Assembly (NCBI RefSeq): GCF_009834535.1
Contig: NC_045697.1
Span: 50,284,001 to 50,348,000 of the forward strand
Direction of reading: 5' to 3'
Source: Camelus ferus
Taxonomy: Eukaryota
DNA: 64,000 bases
The position numbers and the translations under genes are program-made. Each line of letters starts with the position of its first letter. The first letter of the stretch is position 1. Shown one piece after another: positions 12,770-25,354 of this stretch. Under the pieces are notes generated by a model. It saw only the letters and a program-made list of their open reading frames with translations, had not been told where the DNA came from and made no database searches.

Positions 12770-12990
12770 TAATTGTAATAGTAACGACTCTATATTAAGT
12801 ATATTTTATTTTCAAGCTTTATGTTTAGCATTCTACCTATATTACTTCATTTCCATCTTTACAGAAACTCTGAGGTAGGTATCATTATCTCCAATTTCCA
12901 GTGGAGAAACATACTCATTGACATTAGCAACTTGCCAAAAGCTGTATGAATCAAAGGTGGCAAAGTTGTGATTTGAACCCACAACTTCCC
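12770..12990 (-). mobile_element. MIR SINE
   Basis: 'ctctgaggtaggtatcattatctccaatttccagtggagaaac...gcaacttgccaa...gatttgaaccca'. Confidence 0.8.
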
Positions 12991-14123
12991 ATATATTTAA
13001 ATAAGAGAATGTGTAAACACGTACATATAATCATTGTGGAATCACTTCTATTACATTTCCTAGATTGTTGAGACTGTAAACTGACTTGATATTTTGTTCT
13101 TACATGACCTCTCTAACTTGCTGACTCCTTGGTTTATTTGCTAAAAATGGTGGTGATGGTGGTAGCTGTCCTGCATAATTAAGTCATGAAATTCTGATTA
13201 CTTACCTTACTTGTCTCAGGTTTTTTTGGCTTGTTTGTTTTATGGCACCTCACATACAATGATAATCATTACTTGAGATACCCGTGAAACAGTAAAGTAA
13301 CAAAGATAAGAATAGTGCTGCGTCATAGGCACAGAAACTTCTGCCTCTGACGTTGTGTTATTTCTGTTCATGTAAGATAGAAAGGCTCTGCAATTGACCT
13401 GCCTTTTTGTCCTCACTGAACTTCACTGAATAAATGGACATCAACTTAGAAGTGTTAACAGCTTTGAATGGACCAGGTCATGTGAACAAAAGGCCAGACA
13501 GATGTCGTCTACTCAAGATGGGCTGGTCACCAAGGCAGGGTCTGCACAGGGTACCATTTTCCTAGTCACAGTACTATCCAGTCTGACCTTCAGCTGTGTT
13601 GATTTAGAAACCAGAGCATATAAACACAATAGAAATGGAGCTGGTTCTTGGAAGAGGTGTAGTTAACCTTAGAAAATCAGTCGTAAAATCAAGATGCAAA
13701 TGTACTACTATATTTCCTAGATCCTAAATTGCAAATTTTTTTTTTAACACGTCCACGTTTTCAAAAAGGAAGGGGTTTTTGTGATGGAGAAAACTCTTCT
13801 AGTATTTTTTATTAACATTCTTTTAAAATAAGTGGCATATGCTATAATTAGCATATTAGCACTGAGCAAATAAGGCAATTAAAGTGTGAAATACGAGTCC
13901 TAGGAAAACTAAGATCCTCTGGCCAGTGCATCTTCTCCCCAGATGCAAGTGTATGGGAAGCAAAGTTGTGATCAGGTGGTTGCCTGGGAACATGGAATCC
14001 AGAGAGAGTCCTTTGATATAAATGTTGAGAAAAATCAGACTAAGCTAATTCCATGCATTCATCTCTATGATCAGACTGTAAGTGCCACTAGTTCCTTAGA
14101 GAGCACTTGGTGGCCATGGTAGA

Positions 14124-14480
14124 TGTGGTGGGTTGGCTTTGAACATCCATCCTTATCTCCTTGTAGCAGGTGTTCCTGCACTGCAGAGGTTAGAAAGGTA
14201 AAACTTACCATTCCCATTCTCCTGTGCAACTAGGGTTCTGCGGGTGAAATAGGTTCTCCAGTGAGACATCCGTACAATATTTGAGAGAGATGGGAGACTG
14301 AGCTCATTTTTATTTTCTGATGCTTTTAGCTGTTTCCTGCTAATAAACAACAATGTTCCAGCATCCAGTCTCTTGCTTTGAAAACCAGTTGCCATGGTGG
14401 CAGCTTTTTGACTCTGAATAACTATCACGGTATATTCTTGAATAAAAGAGTTTCGGCAATTTCTCAATTTCTTATCCTCT
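14124..14480 (+). mobile_element. ERVL LTR33-like solo LTR remnant
   Basis: Starts 'tgtggtgg'. Contains 'aaaacttaccattcccattctcctgtgcaactagggttctg..ggtgaaataggttctccagtgaga', similar to the recalled LTR33 core. Confidence 0.6.
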
Positions 14481-16694
14481 TGATTGAGGCTGACTCAGTT
14501 TGGTAGTACTCTTGGGTGAGAGGATTCCATGGTTGGAAAGAAGGCTCCATGACTGTAATTTCAGTTTCCTGCGCTGAACTCTGCTGGTACACTGACTTCC
14601 CTGTGATAGTCACATACTCTCCTTTGTTATGTTAATACATCTAGTGGTGAAACAGTCGGTTCTGACAACCTGGAAGCCATAGTCTCTTTGGAGTAATTGT
14701 GTACCTCTCTTCTCTATCCTGTGATATATTGATTTTATATTTTGGCTCTTGGAGAACAATGTTTTTTCCAAGTTTTAGGGAGCAGCTTATTTTTGCCTTC
14801 TTTACCATCTACAGGAAGAAATGAAAAATGTACTGGGAAGATGTTTCAACACATGTTACAGATGTAGCACCCACAAGTAAGTAATGGAGAACATCACCAA
14901 GTGAGAAGGTGCAGCACAATGATGCTAATGCAAGCATTTTATAATTGTTAAGATTTCTACTCCTCCTCACTCTACGAGTTAAAGTGCATTAGACCAGAGG
15001 CATCTCTTACTTTAAGCATTTTTTCTTTTCCTGTGAAACAATTACCTTCTTTCTCTTTGGCAGAAGAACAGCCTCAGGATGTCAGCTTTATAGACTAGCT
15101 TAACAATTTTATGCAAGTCACAGCTATACGAGCGACGACCATGGGGAATGATACCTGGTCCTTTTATTCATATGGTTAAGGAAAATTACAGTTCAGAGGA
15201 GTTAATGTTTTGCATAGACCTCCTCATCTTCCAAACACAAGAAAATATCAGAAATGATGTTTCTGAATGAGAATTGTAAAAATCGATGCCCTCTCTTTCC
15301 TCCAAAACCATCTTTGTGACTTAATTTAGGATTTAACATGTCATCTAATGTTTATCAAGAAGTAATAATATACTGATCAACTGATCATTTACCTCTTCTC
15401 AAGAATCGACAATTATTCTATATCTTAAAACTAGCTAAGGTATATTGTGCCAATGATGCAACAATCCCACTACTTTTTATCTCCTATTGCAGTATCTTGT
15501 TTTTTTCTGCTCATTAAATTTAATTACGTTTAAATTCAGAAACCAAGGCTACAACCTTTCTTCTCACCAGGGCAAGTAACTCTAGCTTGCAGGGACAAAT
15601 CAGGCTTTGTCTACTCAAAAATATTTTTTTCTAAAGGTAGATGCTCAGAAAGGAGAGATGGTGGGAAACACTGGCCACCAGGCATTCAGGTTTTCTTTTC
15701 TTTTTATTTTTTAATGGTTGAAAAAGAACCAAGGCCTTTTAGAGGTCAGAGAAGTGTGGGCTTAGTGATGTCATCTTGACAGGATGTGTCTGTCCCCAAG
15801 TCCCTTTAATGACTCATTATAAATTCATGTGCCATCAGTATATCTAAACTCCACTTTGTTCTTATATTGTGCAATATCTTGGGATGTTGATTACTATGCA
15901 AACTTTGTGGTTATTGAGGTTCTAAAGTTCTCTACTTAAATTCCCAAATATTCTAGAATTCACTGAACCACACTGTGTCCATTCTTTAAGAAGAAGGAGA
16001 TGACAGCTGAAAAACATTAACAGGAATATGGGTTAAAGAAAGCACAGGAGAGATTAAATAATGGAAAGCAAAAAGAAAGGGCTTCTCTACTTCCTTCGTC
16101 TCTTTGTCTTCTGTTAATTTCCCCTTTTGCTTAACTGTGTTTAGTTTATACCATCAGGTTTTCTTCCTTCTTTCTGCAATATTCCCTATATTACTTTTGA
16201 AGCCAGAGAATACGGACCAGTAACAGCGTCGTTGAAACCATGTGCCATGATGAAGAGCAGAAAAGTGGGAACTGTGTTTCTTCTTCAAGTCTGGGCTTTT
16301 AGTATATGCAGGATGCTCAGAAATCACCACCACCGCCACCATTACCACCACTGACACAACTTCTGTTTGTAAAGTCTATTGTTTTCAGGAAGCTTTCACT
16401 GTAATTTCCACCTCAGTAGCATCCATCCATTTGCCTTTATTCTTTACACTGAAGGAGTCCACTCTTTACACAACGAAACTTTTCCAGTATTTGAAAACCT
16501 TACCACATCTTCCATAGCATTTGCCCCTCCGCTGAGAATGTCATTTGGCGTGCATTCAAGTTCCTCGTTACCTAGTTTGTCAAATTCCTTCAGATATATT
16601 GTGGAGAACTGCAAAAACTCTTTTTCACTCTTACCTTTTCTGATACAGAAAGGGTACTTTAAAACATTGCAAGTTAATATTCTGTGTCTTTTTA

Positions 16695-16910
16695 CACTTT
16701 TGGCATATACTGAACTTGAAGTCAACTAAAATCTCCACATATTTTTTGTAAACGTGGTTTCTTCCATGTCCTTTTGTAAAATTTTGTTTTAATTTTAATG
16801 TGGAATTTATTTATTTTTCCTTTAACTTTCAACTGTTTGCTTCAGCCCCAATTCCTCGTTATTAGAAACAATGTTCAATCTTGAGTTTGTCAATTTATTT
16901 AGCTACACTG
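16695..16910 (-). mobile_element. L3/CR1 LINE remnant
   Basis: 'ttggcatatactgaacttgaagtcaactaaaatctcc...ttttt' and 'ttgtcaatttatttagctac' resemble antisense L3 ORF2. Confidence 0.45.
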
Positions 16911-17074
16911 TGAATGTTGATAGTATTCCAAAGATGTTGATGAGAACATTGTGCTCTATAATGGGGTCCACTGGCAGCTGCTCGATACAATTAAACTGAA
17001 TATTAACAGATTAGAGGCCATGCCGGGGGATTATATCCATTAAAGAGCATCTTTCTCTTGCAGTTTCTCAAAAA

Positions 17075-17400
17075 ACTACATTTTTTCTGATTAAAATAGA
17101 TGCCTAGTCATTATACACAATCTACACAAACAAAAAAAAAAGTGAAGATCACCAGTAATTCATCTGTCCTGACATAACCAATGCTGACATCTTGGGACAC
17201 GTCTTCTAGTCTCTTTCCATGCATATCTATCTTTTAAATGAAATTATAGAACACACTGTTTTTGTCTCCTACTTTCTTTATTTAATTATCCTCTCCACTC
17301 ATTACATATTTCCCTGCAGCAGCATCTTTAATTGCTCCGTAGGTATTCCAATGTGAATATATGATTATTTTATTTAATCATCATCTTGTTGTTATTGGAA
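17075..17400 (-). mobile_element. Old L1ME-type 3' end remnant
   Basis: 'ataaccaatgctgacatcttgg...ttctagtctcttt...atctttaattgct...tattccaatgtgaatatat...tttatttaatca'. Confidence 0.55.
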
Positions 17401-17889
17401 AGAATTACATTCAATCTATCATATCTCCACCTACTTCTCCCCATTGTACATTTGTTCTCTGGCTAGACTGAAGGCCTCTTATGCTTTCAAGTGGCTCTGA
17501 TAAGAAAGGCAATATGATCCCATCCCAGGAAACTTTGCAGTAGCGTTGGGTTGGCCCTAGCTGCATGTTTGTCTTGAGTAATTTCTTTCTGCTCCATTGC
17601 TACTTTTCACACACTCAGGTTGGGGAAGTCTGGTAAGAAGAATGAGATAGAAGAGTTTCAAGTAGCTCTGGCAGACAGGAGAAGAGACATATGATGGGCA
17701 CCCTCTCCCTTCATTAAAAAATGTTAAGTGTTAATTAATCATGTTATCTTATCTTCCAAGAAAAAAATGTATGTTGTTTTGAGTTTCTTAAGGTTATTGC
17801 ATTTTGGGTTTTGGAGTGAAAGAATTGATGACAGGGTCTTGTTTTTTTAGTTCCCTTTTTCTGTGAAAGAACATCCAGTTCTATATCTG

Positions 17890-18210
17890 AAAATTCAAAA
17901 TGCATCCTTGAATGTTCCTTCTCTTTTACTACCTCCTCCCAATAACCAATCCACCACCAAGTCCTGTTTGCTGTAGTTTCTAAATTTCTTTCACATCTGT
18001 CTACTTCTCTCCCTCCCCACAGACACCATCTTCTTCAAACCAGTAATAATGCACTTTCCTCGTGTGGAGTTTAATCGTTTCCCACCCAGCCTCTACCACT
18101 CCCATCTCATCCCCATCTTGTGGCCAGAATGGTGTCTTCAAAGCACAAGTCTCATCATGTTTTATCTTCCTTAGAACACTTCAGTGACTGCCCAGTGCTG
18201 TGAAGATAAC
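17890..18210 (+). mobile_element. L2 LINE fragment
   Basis: 'ccaatccaccaccaagtcctg...ctacttctctccctcccc...gccagaatggtgtcttcaaagcacaagtctcatcatgt...cttagaacacttcagtgactgccc'. Confidence 0.75.
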
Positions 18211-18244
18211 ACACCCCACAAAGCTCAAGTAATCCAAGACCTGA

Positions 18245-18450
18245 GAGAGAGTGTAGTTAAGAGCATGGAGCCTGGAGCCCAGACTGCCAAAGTCCAGTTC
18301 CCGCCTCTAACACTCCCTCGCTGGACTGTCTTGAGAAGTTACTTAATTTCTCTATGCCTCAGTTTCCTCATCTCTAAGACGAGGCTAATAATTGGTCCCT
18401 CCCTCATAGGGTTTAGGAAAATGTTTAAAGTTAATATTTGTAATCACTTA
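18245..18450 (+). mobile_element. MIR SINE
   Basis: 'gtagttaagagcatggagcctggagcccagactgcc...aagttacttaatttctctatgcctcagtttcctcatct...cctcataggg'. Confidence 0.88.
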
Positions 18451-18769
18451 TAAAACCTCCTGGAAGCATTGTAATTGCTATGTAATTTCTTGAGTAAATC
18501 ATTTCTACTCTATTGCCACTTCTAGCATATTCAAGGTGGGGAACTCTGACTGCGGAAATGTTAGCTATTATTATCTTTTCAGCTTCCTCTGCCGCTGACA
18601 CCTGCCCTTCCATCCAGCTTGTTAGGTTCCCACCACCATGGGTTTCCCTCACTCCCTGTCCCCACCCCTCCTGGCATGCTCCCCTTCCTCCCTACTTACC
18701 TAGAGACCCCTGACCCTGACTTCAGCATCAGCACGCAGATCTCTGAGCCTAGGACCTTTCCCTCTTGGA

Positions 18770-18902
18770 GATTATTTGACTTCTCTTGTGATTATTTGAC
18801 TGATGTTTGCTTCCTCTGACAGCGGAGGAAGCAGTCTGTCTTACTGCAGCCCCTGTGTCTAGCTCAGTGTTTGGCACTGAGGAGGGCTAGGTAAGTATTT
18901 GT
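18770..18902 (+). mobile_element. L2 3' end fragment
   Basis: 'gtgattatttgactgatgtttgcttcct...gtctgtcttactgcagcccctgtgtctagctcagtgtttggcactga...gtaagtatttg'. Confidence 0.6.
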
Positions 18903-19507
18903 GCTTTAGCTTATGAACTTCTGTCCTGTCCTGCCACATCCTAACAGCAGGTGGCACCAAAATGCACATAATCAGCAAGGAAGCCACTGAACTCTGGCGA
19001 TCTCACAGCAAAGCCTAAAGCCCAAATGTCATTTAGAATGTCTTTTTCTCATTTTTTAGGAGTAGGAAAAGTTTGGGAATTAAATAGACATTTACTTTTA
19101 TGTTCAAACAAATCATACCCAGGAGTGAGTGATCTTCTAAGTGAATTTCTAAGGACTGTGGCAATTTGAGATTCATGAATTAAAATTATTATGCTTCTAA
19201 AATTTAAGAGGATCCAAATGTAATATTCTACTAAAGATTCTCACTGTCAAGCCAGGCTTGATAAGAGCGTCTAATACATACTCAGGTCGTTGGAATTTCC
19301 CACATTTTCAAGGAAGATTCTCTGATTTCATTATATTAGGGTTGTTTTAAGTTAGTTACAGTTTTCCATTTCTTCTATTATGCAGGTTTATTTATAGAAT
19401 TATGCCTAGAGTACACTTTTCATAATGGCTTTGTTGTTGTGTAAATTGCTGAGATACTACTATGTTTGTTGTTGTTGTTGTTCTTTTGTTCCTCTCCAGT
19501 TTTTTCT

Positions 19508-20318
19508 TTTTTTTTTTAACATTTTTTATTGATTTATAATCATTTTACAATGTGTCAAATTCCAGTGTTCAGCACAATTTTTCAGTCATTCATGGACATA
19601 TACACACTCATTGTCACATTTTTTTCTCTGTGAGTTATCATAACATTTTGTGTATATTTCCCTGTGCTATACAGTGTAATCTTGTTTATCTATTCTACAA
19701 TTTTGAAATCCCAGGCTATCCCTTCCCACCCTCCACCCCCCTGGTAACCACAAGTCTGTATTCTCTGTCTGTGAGTCTATTTCTGTCCTGTATTTATGCT
19801 TTGTTTTTGTTTGTTTGTTTTTGTTTTTGTTTTTTAGATTCCACATATGAGCGATCTCATATGGTATTTTTCTTTCTCTTTCTGGCTTACTTCACTTAGA
19901 ATGACATTCTCCAGGAGCATCCATGTTGCTGCAAATGGCATTATGTTGTCGGTTTTTATGGCTGAGTAGTATTCCATTGTATAAATATACCACGTCTTCT
20001 TTATCCAGTCACCTGTTGATGGACATTTAGGCTGTTTCCATGTTTTGGCTATTGTAAATAGTGCTGCTATGAACATTGGGGTGCAGGTGTCATCCTGAAG
20101 TAGATTTCCTTCTGGATACAAGCCCAGGAGTGGGATTCCTGGGTCATATGGTAAGTCTATTCCTAGTCTTTTGAGGAATCTCCACACTGTTTTCCATAGT
20201 GGCTGCACCAAACTGCATTCCCACCAGTAGTGTAGGAGGGTTCCCCTTTCTCCACAGCCTCTCCAGCATTTGTCATTTGTGGATTTTTGAATGACGGCCA
20301 TTCTGACTGGTGTGAGGT
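19508..20318 (-). mobile_element. Young 5'-truncated LINE-1 (camelid-like family) with poly(A) tail and perfect 16-bp TSD
   Basis: TSD ctctccagttttttct at 19492-19507 and 20319-20334. T-run tail at the left end, intact 3' UTR, uninterrupted ORF2 C-terminus. Confidence 0.95.
19834..20301 (-). pseudogene. L1 ORF2p C-terminal (cysteine-rich) fragment of 155 aa; 5'-truncated, non-functional
   Basis: Translates to [33 protein letters not shown]...CTPMFIAALFTIAKTWKQPKCPS...WYIYTMEYYSAIK...YHMRSLICGI*, the classic L1 ORF2 end. Confidence 0.93.
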
Positions 20319-23049
20319 CTCTCCAGTTTTTTCTATTGAAAATTTTTTCAACAGTAGAATCAATGACGTAGGTAATCCATATTTTCTTTCTTCTCCCGCT
20401 TAGCTAAGTGTATTCTGGTCAAAGACATTTGAGAAATGCTGCTCTCGAACAGTGCTTGGAGAGAAGATGGAATGTCTCTTCAGGGAGCTGGGGCTGAGAG
20501 GTTCTGCGAATCTGGATCTAAATTGAAAGTGGGAAAAAACTTTGAGTTCTTAAAGTATAATTTTACTCAAACAAAATTTGCATTCTATTCTAAAATCAAA
20601 TAAATACCTATGATAGTTTCAAATTAGGTATTTTTAAAAACATTTTAATTTCCAATTAAGTACCACTGGGTACAATAGATGGTTCTCTAGGGTGAGCTGT
20701 TTCATCCTGTAACACGTGTGTCCCCAAGCTGAGTACTTGCAGGCATTCATTTCCTTCTACTTGGCACAAGTCTGGAAGATGAAAATGGCAGTGGTTAGAA
20801 AGTGGAAAATAAATATGTTGATTGGGAAAATTTACTCTAAGCTAACTAAAATATACTAGGTCAGGACATTTTTTTAAGTAAAATGACATTTTATTTTGAG
20901 GGTTCTGAAGTAACATGTAAAAGTATAAGACTACTTTTAAGACTACAATTAGAATCTGTCATAAAATTTGCCAGAGAAGTCTGAGTCTCATATTCTAACC
21001 TCCGTTCTTCTGTGACGTCATTTTGAGGAGTGTGAGATATGAATGTCACAGTTTCTGATAGACATGATAACTGGTGGAAGACAAGGAAAACTTAAATCAG
21101 CTCAATTTATAGTTATTAAATCCTATTTACTCTAATGTCTAACTCTTCCATGAACCAGCATTTTACAGGACTTTAAGGTTATTTGGCATCTCTCATTCAC
21201 TTCTTTATTATTTTTTCATTCATCAATTAACTTTTTCACAAAGCAGTGTTCTAGATGCTGTGAACAATGAGGCATGTGGATGTTAGGGTCCTTGTCCTCT
21301 CTGAGCTTACAGGGTAATTCTCGTCCACTTGATCCTTCTGAAGTCTCAGTCCTTCCACTTAGCCCCTTCCCTCCTACATTCCTTTGTTTGAAACTTTCAA
21401 AAGCAGCTTAATTCCAACCCAATAAAAAAATTACATAGTGCAGGGAAAAATATTTTGGTCATGATTTGGCATTTGGGGTCGAGGACAAAAATGATGATGA
21501 ACTAATTTTTTTCCTCTATAGAATAGAGAAATACATTAAAAATTAAAATAGCATAGCTTGGCTTCATAGTGATAAAAATGAACATTTCTAATCACTTAAC
21601 ATGTATTAACTTATCTCTTCCTAGTAACAACCCATGAAGTGAGCACTACTATTGCCAATAATTTGTGAATGAGGGAGTAGGTATATTTGATAAAGGTTGG
21701 AAATTAGCACCAGGGAATGAGGGAAAAAAAGATTGTCAGTTTCATGATTGGTCTTTTCTTGGAGTCAGTGTTGAAAAATATCTTGACAGTAGATCTACAA
21801 GTTAGTGGGTCTTTTTTGGACGTTTTGTAACTAAATTCTTCAGAAGTAGGAGGAAATTTGAATTACACCAAATACTATAGCAAAGTTCCTGTATTTGCTT
21901 TAGTTCTGGTCCTGCTAAGGGCAGTCCATGAGAGCACACAAGTTGAAGTGGGAATGAAATTTACATTCAAGTCATTACTGGGTAGAGTTCAATGGAAGAA
22001 TTCCCATGCAACCTGTTTCAACTTTTTAAAAAGATAGTCTTAAATCAAGAAGTATTGTGTTGAGCTCAAAGAAGGAGAGATGAAACACACACTTTTCATA
22101 AGGGTATGAATTCTAGGACTCTTCCTTTTCATATACATTAATGCAATCTTCCACTAATTACAGCAGATCTGTTTTCAGCAAAAATGTGCAAACCTGTCTA
22201 TATCAGAATGATAAGCAAAGGGAAGAGTGGCTTTCCTGTATTTTTGAGTTTAAGGGGAAAGAATTTCAACCAGAAAAATGGGGGGAATGTTGACATTAGT
22301 CTTCGGCTTGTGCAGCCATACCCATGATTACTATGGCAATGGGTAGCAAAACAGTGACACAGTCTCAGTTTGATTGCCAAGTTTAGGAAACTAGTCACAC
22401 CCTGAGTAGCTCAGAGGGTTGCCTCTCTAGCCCCCCTTTCCTGGATAAGTGGCTATTGAAAGAGCAAAACCACAGAGACACTCATCAGTATCAGAGACAA
22501 TATTAATTAAGTCATACATTTGTTTATTCATTCATTTATTCAGCAAATATTTATAGTCCAGCTGCTTAGAAACCCTTTCCCCAGAGGCAAAGTCAGTTCT
22601 TAGAGAAAGCTTGATTTGCTGCTTGACTTGTTTTTCCCCTAAAGAGGCTATCTAAAAATAATGATGCTTCTTTTCATGTTTCTTTAAAGCAAAAAAAGCC
22701 AATGAACTTTTAGGAATAGGAAGGTAGGGGCTTTCTCCATCCATATTCATCTGCTATTGGGGCAATAAAAGTGACTTAACAATATTTTATTCTGGCATCT
22801 CTGAGTCTATTGAAAATTGAGCCCCTGCAGGAGTGGAGAGTCTGCTGATGTGACCAGTAGTGAGCCCAACAGAGCATGATTTTTCTTACCTAGTCAAGTC
22901 TTTTGATTTGGTTTTTATTTCTAAAGCTTATATTCCCAAGAGCAAAAGTGAAACAAACAAATGAATAACAGTATCAAAAAGTGAAATGGAGAAAACCAAA
23001 AATGCCAAAGTATTTTTGGAAATCAATTGTATATTAGCATGTTATATAC

Positions 23050-23235
23050 ATTATTTTATGACACTTTTTTTCAACAAGTGCATTAGGCAAGTAGCATATT
23101 TATGCACATTATACAAATGAGAACTATGCTCAGCAGGTAGCCCAAGGTCGCACCACTGGTCTTGGGTTGGGCAGAGCCAGGATTCCAACTCAAATTCACA
23201 TGACTCCAAACTCAGGATCTTGTCACCACACATAA
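23050..23235 (-). mobile_element. MIR SINE
   Basis: 'cattatacaaatgagaa...gctcagcaggtagcccaaggtcgcac...ggcagagccaggattccaactca...tgactccaaactcaggatcttg'. Confidence 0.7.
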
Positions 23236-23627
23236 TTAGAGACCCCTGCTTTCACCAAACAATGGTTGCTAACACATGGCTCAGCAGGGTTTGTGAGAGT
23301 GCTAGTCATTTTGCTGTGTGTAATTTCACTTAAATAAAGCACAATTAAGATCATCAGAGAACACAGAAACTCAAAATGACATTGGTTCATGGCAATGTGG
23401 GGGAGGTCCACAGTCCATTACTAGGATGAGACAGCTTCCCAATTACTGGCTGACTCATAACACTTCCTTTAGAATATGACAGGTGTATGAAGGAGATGTC
23501 TGTTCAAACAAGAGGGCACTCAACTTATTTGGAAAGAAAATTTTTATGTTGTGCATGAATATTAGACAGTTAGAAAAACTACAGAATTTGGGTTCCAGAA
23601 AGAACACGAATTGATTCATTGGAATAG

Positions 23628-24695
23628 CCATTCATTCAATTACAAACTCAAAAATATTTTTTAAATTGAATATTATACACCAGGCACTGTTCTAGATGCT
23701 GAAGACTATGCCAAGATAATTAAAATGGCGTATCTCCATTTGTGTAATGTACTAAAAACTGTTTGCAAGTATCTCCTCTATACCAAATAGCATTTTAGGC
23801 ACTTGGGATACCTCAATGAATAAAACAGTTAAAAATATATACTCACATGGTGCTTATATTCTAGTGGAAGAGATAAAACAAACAAATAAATAGGACAAAT
23901 GATGGTAAGTGCTATGGGGAAAAATAAAATTAGGCCAAGTGAGTAAGGAGTACGGGACAAAAGAGATAGGTCTAAAACTGGATGGCCAGAGAAGGTCTTA
24001 CTGGGAGAGTGATGTCAGTCAATTATTGGAGGAGATGTGGGAGTGAGTCAGCAAATATCTTGGGGAAAAAATTTCACGCAGAGGGAAGAACAAGTGAAAT
24101 GGCTCTGAGGGAGCAGCGCGCCAGGGGTGTTTGAGGAAGAGTGGGGTGGTCAGTGTGGCTGGAGTAACGTGCGTGCAGGGAGAGCAGCAGGAGGAGGGAA
24201 GTGGGAACCAAATTGTGTGGGGCTTTGAAGGCCGGGGTAAGGACGTGGCTCTCACTCTTAAGGAGATAGGAAACCACTGGAAGATGGTGAACTGATGAAT
24301 GGCATGGCCTGACTGAGGTTTTCAGAGGGTCGCTCTGGCTTCTATGGTGAGAATAGACCGTATGAGAGCAAGGATAGAAGCTGGGCCTCACTTCGAAGCG
24401 TCACAATATTTCAAGTAAGAGAGTTATCAGCAAGTAACTAGTATTTAAAGTCAAAGGAACCGAGTTTTCATCAGAGGAAGCAAGCATGTAGCTAGAAGAG
24501 AGAACAGATTAAAAGACTGAGTGTTAGGACGCTGGAACATTTAGTTGTAGAGTTGGAGAGGAGGAAACAGTGAAGGATATGGAGAAAGAGGTCTTTAGTG
24601 GTCTTGACGTCAGTTTGGGTAAAGTGATGGGGCAGGTTTGAGAGAGAGGGTTCGAGAGAGAGAAGTTGAGTTAATTTGGATATGGACAGTATAGA
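23628..24695 (-). mobile_element. L2 LINE fragments (composite)
   Basis: 'cattcattcaa...ccaggcactgttctagatgctgaagac', 'catggtgcttatattctagtgg', 'gagggaagaacaagtgaaatggctctgagg', 'ggaaaccactggaag', 'gctctggcttctatggtgagaatagac'. Confidence 0.85.
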
Positions 24696-24696
24696 T

Positions 24697-24927
24697 GGGG
24701 GTGGTAGTGGTGGTAATTTTTTCTTTAAAAGGCTAGATAATAAATATCTTAGGCTTTGCGAACCATATGTTCTCTGTTGTAACTACTCAGCTCTACTGTT
24801 TTGGTGCATAAGCAACCATAGACAATACAAAAATGAGTGAGTGTGGTTTTGTTCCAATATAGCTTTGTTTATAAAAAACATTCAGTGAGCCAGATTTGAT
24901 CCACAGGTTGTAATTTGCTGCCCCCTG
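24697..24927 (-). mobile_element. MER58A hAT-Charlie MITE
   Basis: 'aaaggctagataataaatatcttaggctttgcgaaccatatg.tctctgttgtaactactcagctct...ccatagacaatac...gagccagatttgatccacagg...tttgctgccccctg'. Confidence 0.85.
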
Positions 24928-25320
24928 ATATAAATAATGATGTTGAGAAGTGGGGCACTGAATCTTGTGAAATCTGGAAAAGGACGTAGGGGTCAGGGGA
25001 AGAGGCTTAAATGAGAGTCTATGATGCAGAAGCCAGAGGAAAATAATTGCCAGAGTCAGAACTTGGAATAATATTAATCCATGCAAAGAATTCATATTTT
25101 GACAGTTTGACAAGGGAAAGTTCACAAATAAGTATAACATGGATTTGCTACTATTTTGGTGACAGTTGAAGCTATGCATTTGGGTGAAGTTTCCAAAGAG
25201 GATACGTAGAGAGAGAGGAGACTAAGGCTATAACTTAGGAAATACATAGTATATGGTGAGAAAGAGCAGCTAGAGAATATCTCTAAAAGAGAAATAAGAG
25301 AAACAGATAAGAATCATGAG

Positions 25321-25354
25321 CAGAGCTGGCCGTCTTCATGGGCATACAACCTGT
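25321..25354 (+). mobile_element. MER45A-like (hAT-Tip100) terminal fragment
   Basis: 'cagagctggc...cttcatgggcatacaacctgt' versus the recalled MER45A start 'cagggccggcttcatgggcgtgcgacctgt'. Confidence 0.5.

Noticed and set aside
16154..16729. Cluster of overlapping ORFs (67, 116 and 93 aa)
   Set aside because: No recognisable protein family in the frames I translated and no convincing exon structure. The region includes a (CAC)n tract and runs into an L3-like remnant.
24793..25179. 128-aa minus-strand ORF
   Set aside because: Overlaps MER58A and adjacent L2-like sequence; no protein homology recognised.
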